A DNA stretch of 64,000 nucleotides from Acanthaster planci (lineage: Eukaryota): contig NW_019091361.1 in assembly GCF_001949145.1 (NCBI RefSeq), forward strand, positions 124,001-188,000. Reading direction: 5' to 3'. Within the stretch, counting starts at the first letter, position 1. Every line of letters begins with the position of its first letter. Shown piece by piece: positions 53,301 to 64,000 of the stretch. A program made the translations under genes and the position numbers. The notes under the pieces are model-generated. The model saw only the letters and a list, made by a program, of their open reading frames with translations, did not search any database and was not told the origin of the DNA.

Positions 53301-56300
53301 TTGCTGTTAGTTTGCTTTTTTATTCACAGAACTGCTTGGGTATTTTACTACATGATCATGTATGTGTATTGATTTCCTTTAAAATATTTATTGAATAAGG
53401 CTTTCAGAATCTACCGGTACATGTGCAGTGCTTCAAGTTTATTGTACGTACATGTACAGTAATTCAGCCCATGTTCAGCTGTACATGTACATGCACATGT
53501 ATACGTGTGCTGAAATGCATGTATACGTGTACAGTCTACAGAGATCTTGGTTCCGGTACCGTAGGCCTTGAATTGCAGTGCATTTTAGGGATTGTTCAGC
53601 CTGAGTACATTATTACTCCTTTGCTTCCCCCCCCCAAAAAAAGAGAAATTTGAAACAAAAATATAAACGATGGTGAGATCTGATCTGTAATTTGGTAATC
53701 AGGTTGGCCCTTTCAGTGTTTTCAGAATGAATGGCTTTGATTAAAACCAACACCGGTATGATACATGCAGAGTATCAAAGGACATGACCAGAATTACAGC
53801 AGAAATGTGACACTTGTTTGATTAAAAGAAAAAACTAAGGCCAAATAAATATACCACTACAGTAGGAGTTTCCTGTTATGGATTTTTCTGTAAATTTGGA
53901 GTTCAAAAGTGTGACATTTTTGTGTCTCTGTTACATGTACATCTGACCTCTGTTATTTGACATTGAAATATCACCGGAATTGATTTCAAACCTTTACTCT
54001 TTGTTTGGCAGGTAATTTGCATAAATTCATCACTCTTGGAAATTAGAAAAAATGTCCTTACAAAATCATATGTCAGATGTGACAGGGACCCCTAATTTAA
54101 AGAATTACTCCTATCTAAATCAGTAGAACAGTAGGGCCTATCATTTTCTTTTCCGGTTTTGAAAAATAAAAAACTAATACGCACATGTTCATGTACATGT
54201 ACTGTATGGTGCAGGTTTAGAACTGTTCCAATGGACATCAACCCTTTCACGTGTCATTGGCCATGTTTTCACTGTAAACTGCAGATCAATAGGAAAAACT
54301 AAGTGTACACATGTACTTTGGAAAAGAACCAATTACAAATGAACACCTGCTCATTCACACCTACAATGTACGGTACATGTATATGTACAAAGTACATGCA
54401 CCGGTTTGATAGCTTCCCATTACATGATGTATATTGTAAATTATACAATGTATTTACTCCTACATGTAGGCATTATGATGTATAATGCGCTCATTGAGGT
54501 ACACATGTACATTTCATGTACATGTAGGTACATGGACATTTACATCATGAACATGCATGTTTACATGGACATTGGCCAGGAGTGCATGATATTTGCACGT
54601 GATCAGTGCCATGATGTTGAGCATTCATCCTCTCGTGCCAAGCTACATGTATTTCTGTTATTTTGATCTCATGCCAATTGATCTCTTGCCAAAATAGAAG
54701 GCACAGTTCTACATGTACATGTGTACATCATTTACAGACAATTTTATTGGCCTTTTCCTGTCTTGCAGTGTGGCTTCATCGTAGATCTGTACTGCACAGT
54801 GTTCAGTCATAAGGTCCCTGCATCAGTCATTTGCCTAAAATTCCTCTCCATGCAGCCACATTGCTTTAAAGAGTCCATGATGTGAAGTTTATTTGCAAAC
54901 TTTTTTTGCAGCTTTCTACACTGGAAACAGCAAACAGACCATCTGACATATTTTTGGTTTATTTGTCAAGTTAACTTTAAAAGAATTGAAATGGCACAAC
55001 ATAAATTAAGAAGTGGATTAAATGGGACCTAAAGGCACATAATTTACAATGAAAAATAAATATAACACTGTACATGTACATGCACTTCAAGATTTGCCAT
55101 TTGTGGTTTTCATGGTTTCCATGGTTCGCATAAGGAAGTTACATGATGCATGTATGGTACATGTAGATGAAGAATCACAGGCACATGCATTGCAGATGTT
55201 TGGACTTTAATGATTACTATTGATATGTACATGTACATGGATAATGTATATATATTTGCTTATATTTCTTGACACATTAGAACACTGAATTGATAGTTGT
55301 TGATGAAATCGTATATACAGTACATGTACATGTATGTATGAGTGTCATGCATGTATATGTACATGTACATGAATGGAGGGTGCAATATACATGTACATTG
55401 TACATGTACAATGTACTATCACTACATGTGCATGTAGTGATAGACGAGACGAGATAAAGATCAAACTGTATTCCAGTTATACATGTAATTTACGGTAGAC
55501 TTTTTATGCACATGTACATGTTCCCACACGTGTACATGTTCCAGAACCGGTGCATAAACAATTCCACATACATGTATATGAATTCAATGTCTTGATAATG
55601 TACATGTACATAGAAAATGTACATGTATGTACAATGTACATGTATGTACAATGTACATGTATGGTACCAGTATTACACCTGTACATGTATGTACAATGTA
55701 CATGTATGGTACCAGTATTACACCTGTACATGTACAGTATGTACAATGTCCATGTATGGTACCAGTATTACATCTGTACATGTATGTACAATGTCCATGT
55801 ATGGTACCGGTATTACACCTGTACATGTATGTACAATGTCCATGTATGTACAATGTCCATGTATGGTACCAGTATTACACCTGTACATGTATGTACAATG
55901 TCCATGTATGGTACCAGTATTACACCTGTACATGTACTGTTTTCTCCCTTTATGTTTCCCATCATTACGCATACATGTACACACAATAGATCCTGAACAC
56001 TGCTGAAAGTGAAAGTTGACCCCTGGTGGCGTGCTTCCGGAACCCTTGGATAGGAAAAATAACATGCAAAGATTTTAGGATTTGTAATATCTTTTCGTTC
56101 AGTTATTTCTTAAAAATACAACTTGGAAAAAGGGCTTTGGAAAACATTTGCTAGAATATCAATTTACAGAAACTGAAAAATCACCTGATCTACATGTAAA
56201 AGAGAAATATCCTGCCAAAAATTGACCCATCACTTCCGAAAATCTAAAATACATGAAGAGCAATCCAATGCAGTGGTCTCGTACGCGGATGAACATTTAC

Positions 56301-59300
56301 GGTTTGAAATTTTATGGTAGTCTGTCGGTAAAAGCTGAAATAAAACAGATCCAAATATTTGATACAGTTTCAATTTATAAGGTACAAATGTAATTAACTT
56401 AAAGCATTAATCTACTTTACGAAAGATTCTAATATTTATGTAACCTTTGCTGACAACAACTTTGTTATTTTCAAATCAGCGGAACATGGAACCCATCCAC
56501 TACAAGTAGGTACAAGTAAATGTTTGCAACGTTTTAGAGTCTCGTTTTCACGTAAGCACAGGGAGTGAAAACAAATGTGCATGAACAAGGAGACCTAGGT
56601 ACAATATCGCCGGATGTGAAAGGTCGTTGATGAAATTCATTTTTTACCCATCTCCAGGTGACTTTTCCTAGATATTAGTAGGTAAAATTCCAACATGTGT
56701 TTCATGGGATGGCATCAGCATTTCAAAAAATTATCGAACGTGGTAGGACTGCCCAATGTAAAATCCCCGTAGGCTGACCGCACGAGGGTTCCGGAAGCTC
56801 GCTACATGACCTTTTACTTTCAGGCTCTGTTTGTATGTACCAGTAGGTTTGAAGGGCTACATGTACGTTACACATCTACGCGTTCATTAGATTGAGGTTA
56901 TAATGTTACTCGGATAAATTTGAGTTACAGTACATGTAGCTTCTTTGACTTTTGAACAGTGTACCGGCCATGCTGACGTACATAATAATGGAAAGTACAT
57001 GTAGGGTACACCTACTTGCATTATACATGTAGATGTAATTAATTGTGCCTTCTGTGAAGTCAAACAAATGGAAGCAAATTGTGTACATAATGTATACATG
57101 TACATTGTACATGTGCAGCATACACCTACAGTACATACAAGTACCAGTATCTTTTACTGCTAATGTACATGTATACATTGTACCTGTCCTGTACATGCTG
57201 TATGTATGCACGGTTGCCCTTCATGATGAAATCCTCTGAGTACACATGTACCTATGTACATGTACCTTTGATGTTCCACTTTCAGTTGGGTTAATGTGCC
57301 ATCTGCAGTTTCAGATCTAGATGACTATTAACACTATCTGCAGAGTGAGTTCACAATTTGCATACATGCATGCACATACATGTACATGTACATACTGGTA
57401 CATGTACATGTGCGTACCGGTATGTACATGTTCGGTAGTATATAAAGTCATTAACAAAATGTTTATGCACATGTGTATTTGTTAACATGACAGAAACCTC
57501 CCACTTTTGATGAGATTAGTGTAGATTATGCATCATGCATTGAAAGGCTGTGCTTACGAACTTACCCCAGTACTTATACATATACTGTACATAAAAAAGA
57601 CTGAGATACATGTACCTAAGAGAACTCAACATTGTAACATTTTCCATGTAAAATTGAGTATGACCTCACCCTATGAACTGTTTCCATAATTACATGCATG
57701 CATGTACGTGCACATGCACATTCAAAGTTCAGTGCGTAAATAAAATTTACATAAAGTTGATTTGATCTGTAGTAAAGATTGCGGTAACACCATGTATTTA
57801 TCTCTTCTTTGAAACGTCAAGTTATTCCCCGGTTCTTCTCAGNAAGTTGATTTGAGTTGATATGTACAATGTAAGTACATGTACCTTTTTAAATGTCTCT
57901 AAAACTGGTCCTGAATCAACCTGTGTCAACTGAGGATTGCGAGGGAGGCGAAGTGGGACATGGTTCCGACACTTCTTTCCGTGGATGGAGACCATAATTT
58001 ATTTTTAACAAAATACAAACAAAGAAAGGTCACAGAGATAACCTGATAACAAAAACTTTATAAGATAGCATTGTACAACCATATTACATGAACCCAATTG
58101 CACAAAATTTGAAATAAATTATGCAAAAGTGATTTTTAAAAATAAACACAATCAGATTTGAAAGAAAATACGCCCACAGTCTTTCCCATTTAAAAACCAC
58201 TTTTCCAGTTTATCCAAACAAACAAAATAAGTGTCATGTGTATTAAGACCCGATAAAAACATTGGTAATATTTTGAAGTTTTTGTGGATATTCTGCACAA
58301 GAAGCATTTGTCCGTAGTAGTGCAAGGATACGTACATTGATATACATGTACATGTACGTGCACATGTGCACACAGAAATCATGGCCGACCATCAATTGAC
58401 AGAGAGCCAAAGCTGAAATTGATAAAACTAACGAAGGACAATTCACAATAGCTTAAACATAACATGGGGTATCCTTTTTGAAACACTATTTCAGTTACCA
58501 AGATATATAACATGTGTGGAAGGACCAGAGAAAAATTCAAAAGTTTTATTTAAAAATACCCTTTTTACGTTCGCAATGTAACATACACAGACATCTTTCA
58601 TGATTTTCTCCAAAATGTCACTTCTGATTAACAAGAAACACATCACAAAATGAAATCTGAAGCCTGATCATATTTCTCTGTTATAAATTCAGAAAAATCT
58701 TACACAATGCAGAAGATCTTCGTAGATAGATTTTGGTATATGTACATGTACATGTAGTTGTTCTCTGGTAGGCATCGCCATTTTAACAAGCAATTTAGCA
58801 AGTAACTGTGACTTTGTTGAATTTTAGTGCATGCGCACAAACTACATGTAACGGTAAGTGGAAGGGGTGAACATACGTGTCATGATTGGGACTCCCCGGG
58901 ACTTCCCATTACGTCATGAGCATAAATTACCATAATGCTCAGTAATGTTCAAGATCGACTGCAAACTCGCCAACCTGGATGCTGGGCATCGACAAAAACG
59001 AAGCCTTTGAACCGGAAGCGTACATGTACATGTACGTTCCGTACGGATGTGTTTTACAATTATCATTTACAATGTGATCATTTCATTACACTGATGCTAA
59101 AATGTTTTATATTCAACAGAAATTTGACTAAAAGTGTGTTTTATGTTTCTAATGTCCTCCAACCAAATCAAATTTTAAACACAAACTCTTCGATTTCTGT
59201 GCTGGTCGGATTGTGGAAATTTACTGTCAGCCAGCTGGAATGCTGGTCACATGCGGCCAGCGACAACCCTAATGTACATGCACCAGTATAATCACAGAAT

Positions 59301-62300
59301 CTGCTCTTCTAATGTTACTAATTTACAAGTAAATTTCAGGGTACCGCACCTTAGTCAACAAGCATGCTACATGTGATTTTTTTTTATTTTACACTTATAA
59401 ATTTGAAGGGGGAACAGTTAAATCTAGACACTTGAAAGTTGCTAACGATGAGTAATGTGAAGCGGGCCAGTGACATCCGTTTATATAAATACAAATAGGA
59501 TTATGGAAATGGGAGGAAAAAAATAGAGTCCAACCATGATTTCATCTACTAATTAGAGGACTCTGCCTTCCTCTAACCTTCAAAATCTTCCCAATTGTAT
59601 TACTTGAAAGGATTTGAGAGGGTTAAGTTGAATCCATTATCTTCTCTTATTCCCTACACAGGTTCTAGAGTTGATGTGTACTCGTGAGTCAGGATCCATC
59701 TTTGAGGCTGGTGGTCTACATTGCGTGCTGTCCTTTATTCGTGATAATGGTAGTCAGGTCCACAAAGACACATTACATTCAGCCATGGCTGTGGTATCCC
59801 GACTTTGTGGCAAGATGGAACCTAGTGATTCCTCTTTGGAAACTTGTGTGGAATCACTGTCCACACTCCTCAAACATGAGGATCCTCATGTAAGTTAGAG
59901 TCAACTTTTTACAACAGCTCTCCTTTTCTCTGCATTTCCTTTCTCTTACATGTATATCCTCTTCACGTTTCAATCCTGAGGTGAATTTCTTCAACAATCA
60001 AGGCTTCACATTATAAAAATACTGGTAAAATGGCTTTCACAAGCATGCAACTTTTACTTAGATCAGCTGATTTCCTCGTTTTTCACTTCACACCCTGCTA
60101 TTGAAAATTGAAAAACACTGTAAAAAGTCTTGTAAAGATTGGAATTTCCTTGTGTGGACTTGGGCATGCGTGAGGGATATTGACAGCTACATGTATTTTG
60201 GCCAGAAATAATGGTTGTCTTAAAGTAAAGCAGTGAGTGAGCCAAAACAACACATTATATACATGTACATGTAAGCCACTGTATCCATTACCCATCTGTT
60301 AGGGATACATGTATGTCAGTTGAATTTAAATTCTAGATTTGCTATGATAGAAAAATATTTGTCCATGAATTCCACATGATGTAGAAAAGAAAAACTACAA
60401 TCTGTAAGATGAGCAGTGCCCTTAGAACAACAAATTAACAAGATTTTACTTCAAACAACTGCTTTATTTTTCTCTCTGCAGGTTGCTGATGGGTCCCTGC
60501 GCTGTTTTGCATCATTAGCTGATCGTTTCACTCGGAGGGGTGTAGACCCCCTCCCACTGGCCAAACATGGCCTATCACGGGAGTTGTTAGAAAGACTGGC
60601 TAATTGTGGCTTGACTGCTGCCATGGCAACAGGTACCAAGGCAGCGGGTGCCACAGGAACCACTCCTGACTCTAAGGGTAACCCTAACATCTCAACTGTC
60701 ATCAGCTTGCTCTCCACATTATGCCGAGGCTCTCCCAGTGTTACACATGTGAGATACTGATATCATTCTTTGAAATTTCAGATTCTAGTTTTCATGGAAA
60801 GTGAAAACAGGTAGTGATGTACTCCGAGATAAAATTACACTTCTTGTTGTGCTACTTTATCTACTGAAATTTGATTCTTTGCTTTGGAAAAGGATAGAAT
60901 AAATGGAGTGCATTACATGCATATGCAAAAATCCACAGATGAACTCAGGAACAGGTCATCCTCCCATGCAAATCTTTGTCCTTATTTAGAGTAGATACAG
61001 GTGCTCTAGAATTCTGGCAGTACCCTTGGATGTGCATCAGAAATTTTATTGAATATTGTTTCTAATACAACAAGGGGGCTTCATGTACCTGTACATTCAT
61101 ATTGAATGCTACCATCAAATCCATCGGCTACCAGTACCACATTGAGTTGTTGGCATGTAACATTGTACACTTTATAAAAAACTCTGCACCGATCTAAAAC
61201 TGGTCTTTCATTTACAATTACCTTATCTGTATGCACCTGGCCAACTCACCAAGTTTTCCCCACTAAATCTTTAGCATTTAAAGGAAGTTTTGATTTCCCC
61301 CATTTCTGGACAGGATTTACTACGATCTGCGCTACCTGGTGCTATAGAGAAGGCGCTGCAAGGCGATGAGAGGTAATGTGAAGTGCCTGTCTTGAGGATT
61401 TGGGAATCCTGAAAATACATGTATATTCAATGGTCATGCACGTATACAAGTAACTATTTGAATTGATTATTATTGGATACCAATTCTAATGCGCCATAGA
61501 AAACAAATTTCAAATTTGTTTAAATTATCAGTTATTACATTGCACTTCCATTGGTATAATAAAGAACTATCATTTTTATCATAAGAAGAAACTTACAGCC
61601 TTGCATTTTCTTGCAGTAACATCCCACCTCAAACGTGAAAATATCACATAAAGCTGGTTTTGTTGTGGGGAAGACAAGACATTTGTTCTGTTACTCTGTA
61701 GTTGAGTACTCAGAAATTTATCTCTCTGTCATTTCCTGCATTTGATTCAAGGAAGTTTAAAAGCAAGTGTTGCACAGTAAATGGAGCTTGAAAGCAGAAA
61801 TTCTAAATAGTACTCAAACCTTGACCAGAGAGGAAAGGAACATTCCCCTGAATATCCACCAGTCTATTTCAAATTTAAAAGCAAAGCATGAAACCTGTTC
61901 ATGTGAAACTAAAATAATGCCCTTGAAGCCTGAACTATCGTGTTGTTGACCAGGATGTTACATGTGCATAAGTACACTTGCTTGTGTGAATGATTTCATT
62001 GATCATTTTAAAGTTATGTTGTTTTCCTTGTGCAAATATTCTAATTATAAACAATAATACCAAGCAGTATTTGTGAATTAATTCCGTAAGTTTTGAATTT
62101 ATGGAATACACACAAACCATTACACTGCCTGCTTGAATTTGGATTTGGTGCTTGTAATTAGGTGTTGCACCCTATTTCGATAAGGTGCAAAGCAGCTACA
62201 CCTATCCAAGAAACCTGAGCCCACAGCTATTGAGAAGACCAGATGGACACCTGCTCACCCAATACTTAAATGAGTCTTAGTGCTAAGTAATAGAAGGTAG

Positions 62301-62674
62301 TTAACTGTACAGTAGGAAATTACAATTCCATGTTGTTTGTTGTTGTACAAAAGAGATATGAAGTCTCAAGTTCCAATCTAGCTGTTATAGTTGTTCAAAT
62401 TTGGCATGCTTTATTTAGCTGACGGTCAGTAAACACATGAAAAATGTTGTTTCCCCAAGGTGTGTATTGGACACTATGCGTCTGGTGGATCTTCTTTTGG
62501 TGTTGTTGTTTGAGGGGCGTACTGCTCTACCCAAGTCTAACATTGGTACAACTGCTCGTACAATGAGTGGTTTGCGACGCCTAGATAGTGCCGGTGAACG
62601 ATCACATCGTCATTTGATTGACTGCATACGTAGCAAAGACACAGATGCTCTGATAGATGCCATAGACACAGGAG
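41351..62674 (+). CDS. HECTD1: E3 ubiquitin-protein ligase HECTD1, 5' part (continues beyond the window); exons 41351-41490, 50265-50499, 59662-59889, 60482-60748, 61314-61372, 62460-62674
   Basis: The translation [64 protein letters not shown]...[20 protein letters not shown]...[17 protein letters not shown]...[21 protein letters not shown]...[21 protein letters not shown]...[20 protein letters not shown] is the conserved HECTD1 N-terminal ARM-like region leading into the ankyrin repeats. All junctions are GT-AG and in phase. Confidence 0.96.
43229..43379. repeat. Long palindrome (69-bp arms, 13-nt loop), repeat-derived
   Basis: 43229-43297 is the reverse complement of 43311-43379 with one T/C mismatch. 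A related partial copy lies at 57770-57842. Confidence 0.92.
44121..44863. mobile_element. Possible TIR element (CAGAGT...ACTCTG)
   Basis: Termini CAGAGTATGAAAA / TTTTGCACTCTG. Subterminal GTCCGA/GAACAAAAT motifs also occur near 52120-52185. Confidence 0.35.
45921..46300 (-). mobile_element. tRNA-derived SINE (V-SINE-like core) in a HECTD1 intron
   Basis: On the minus strand there is a Pol III B-box GGTTCGATTCC, then a GGGTTTT...GGTTTTCCTCCCAC core, then a 3' tail GCTTTATAAATGAATAAATTATTATTA ending in (TTA)n. Confidence 0.7.
48036..48293. repeat. Degenerate tandem repeat, about 80-100 bp unit, about 3 copies
   Basis: The pattern TACATGTACAGATAGTACAC...AGTACATGTA...TGTAGATCTCCCATTTTGGTAAGCTGTTCGTTCATC recurs. 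Confidence 0.85.
50733..50824. repeat. Short imperfect inverted repeat, with a further arm copy at about 51313-51347
   Basis: AGACCAGCCCAGGAGAATGGAAATTAATAAT pairs with ATTATTAACATCCATTCTCCTGAGTCAGTCT. Confidence 0.55.
51007..51208. mobile_element. hAT-type MITE with GGTCTY internal repeats and an exact 8-bp TSD
   Basis: Termini CAGTGTG...CAACACTG; TSD CATGTTAC at 50999-51006 and 51209-51216; the interior is tandem GGTCTC/GGTCTT. Confidence 0.85.
55618..55937. repeat. Minisatellite, 45-bp unit, about 6 copies
   Basis: The unit TGTACAATGT(A/C)CATGTATGGTACCAGTATTACACCTGTACATGTA is repeated. It explains the overlapping Cys/Met/Tyr ORFs in the track. Confidence 0.92.
56003..56823. mobile_element. 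About 820-bp non-autonomous element bounded by inverted repeats
   Basis: CTGAAAGTGAAAGTTGA...GTGGCGTGCTTCCGGAACCCT (56003-56046) pairs with AGGGTTCCGGAAGCTCGCTAC...TGACCTTTTACTTTCAG (56785-56823). Confidence 0.6.
57770..57842. repeat. Second, partial copy of the 43229 palindromic element, ending at a single-N contig join
   Basis: Sequence TAGTAAAGATTGCGGTAACACCATGTATTTATCTCTTCTTTGA..GTTATTCCCCGGTTCTTCTCAG, flanked by the direct repeat AAGTTGATTTGA (57754-57765, 57844-57855). Confidence 0.8.
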
Positions 62675-64000
62675 GTAGGGGAATGCTCATTATGTTAATG
62701 AGCGAAATACATTCAGTAACATGTATTCTTGAAGTCAGTGGTCCAAAACTTGACAGTAAACCATTTAGTAGATTGATATTGGAGATCAGAAGCTGTGCCC
62801 GAAAACTACATAGGGTATGAAATTCTGTTTTCACTTTTGTTGTGAGTACATTTAGGGGTCATCCATTTTTGTCATTTTCACAAGTGTGGAAATTTGTCCT
62901 GGCCCCCTCCCCCTGTAAGAGTACAAAATGAAATGCTGATTTCTCTTTGGTGTCTGAGGACCCATTCTAACTCACAATGTACAGCTGTTAATGTGCAGTA
63001 GACGACCAGAGAATAGTGGCAGGAGGAAAAACAATGTCCATGACAGGCCTTGACATTCGCGGTTTCCCAAGTGCCCGGGACAAATTCTTCTTTCAGTTCG
63101 GGCAAGTAATAATTAAGGACAAATTGCCCCATGAACAGGTACCTTTTTCTTAAAATAAAAGTGTCCATTTTTTGTGGCCAAGAATAGCAGTCAGAACATG
63201 TGCCTTTGATTTGATCTCCTCTTCACAAAAGCTTAAAAAAGTGGTAAAAAGTATACAGTTACAATGATTTTTTGCATCGTTCCCATACAAGGGAAAATGC
63301 ATACATAAATAAACTGTAATGTACACTTGTGTCTGGGTACCAAACCTCATAGCACGCACGGTGTAGCGGAGCTTTGGGGGGGATGCTCTAACACTGTGAC
63401 TGTGACTTCAACGTTAGTGAATTTTTCCTGGTACTTGTGTATGTACCTTTTATGTATGACACCAGGCAAAATCATCATTGCCCAAACTTGTTTGAATGAT
63501 GCATCCGAGTCCTGCGCACACGCAATAGTTGGGGGTCATAGTTAGCTGGTCTATCATAATCGTCATTTTTAACATGTTTCTAAAAGCGTACGTAACCAAT
63601 TCACCCCCTCCCCCCAGCGTACGCTTTGTACTCTCATGGAAATGACAACAAATGATGGATGATCCCTTATATGCATGAGCAGTCTGCAGTCTGTGTAAAC
63701 ATCATGTGAAATTGTTTTGTAATCTAATTGATTGGTACCTGGTATCATTAATCTTGGAAGTGTTCCTTGTCAAATTTAAACCTTAAAGGAACCAGGAAAT
63801 TTTTTTATAAATTTTACTAAAAACCCTTGAAATTGCATCTTTGGGTTTCAATTAACCTGATTTTAAATTTTGGTTTTGCAATTTTAACCTGTATTTTGAT
63901 GCTTTTTTGGTTTTTATGCTAATGCTATTTACATATTCAAGAGCAGAACTATGATGTCATCCAAAGCACTGAATCTCAATGTTGCATTGATTTGTGCACA

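Noticed and set aside
55618..55937. CRISPR-like array
   Set aside because: The units are head-to-tail with no unique spacers, the context is a eukaryotic intron, and there are no cas genes.
52644..57239. Many Cys/Thr/Met/Tyr/His/Val-rich ORFs resembling metallothionein-like proteins
   Set aside because: They are translations of stop-free TACATG repeats (CT, MY and HV frames) inside a HECTD1 intron.
58469..58478. Second U12-like donor GTATCCTTTT
   Set aside because: It is deep in a HECTD1 intron with no in-frame upstream exon, and the flanking HECTD1 exons already join correctly.

Overview
This is eukaryotic (metazoan) genomic DNA, most likely from a non-vertebrate marine bilaterian; the taxon cannot be fixed from sequence alone. 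Most entries in the six-frame ORF track are spurious, and the real genes are spliced. I rebuilt five genes by hand from splice sites and reading-frame continuity. (1) NEPRO/C3orf17-like (+, 9 coding exons, 2998-12695, about 703 aa), which contains a U12-type minor-spliceosome intron. (2) An ATF3/JDP2-like bZIP factor (+, 21850-23518, 200 aa). (3) A PLAC8/cornifelin-family protein (+, 28210-29411, 132 aa). (4) An unrecognised coiled-coil + basic linker + EF-hand pair + C-terminal CaaX (CVIQ) protein (-, 37622-32834, at least 257 aa, with an assembly gap in intron 1). (5) The 5' part of the E3 ligase HECTD1 (+, from 41351, running off the window), head-to-head with gene 4. Introns and intergenic DNA hold many non-autonomous elements: an AcademH-type element with a RecQ-helicase remnant and a 9-bp TSD, hAT-type MITEs, a tRNA-derived SINE, long near-perfect palindromes and minisatellites. 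TACATG repeats accumulate strongly in the HECTD1 introns. All family assignments come from recalled motif similarity, not from database searches.
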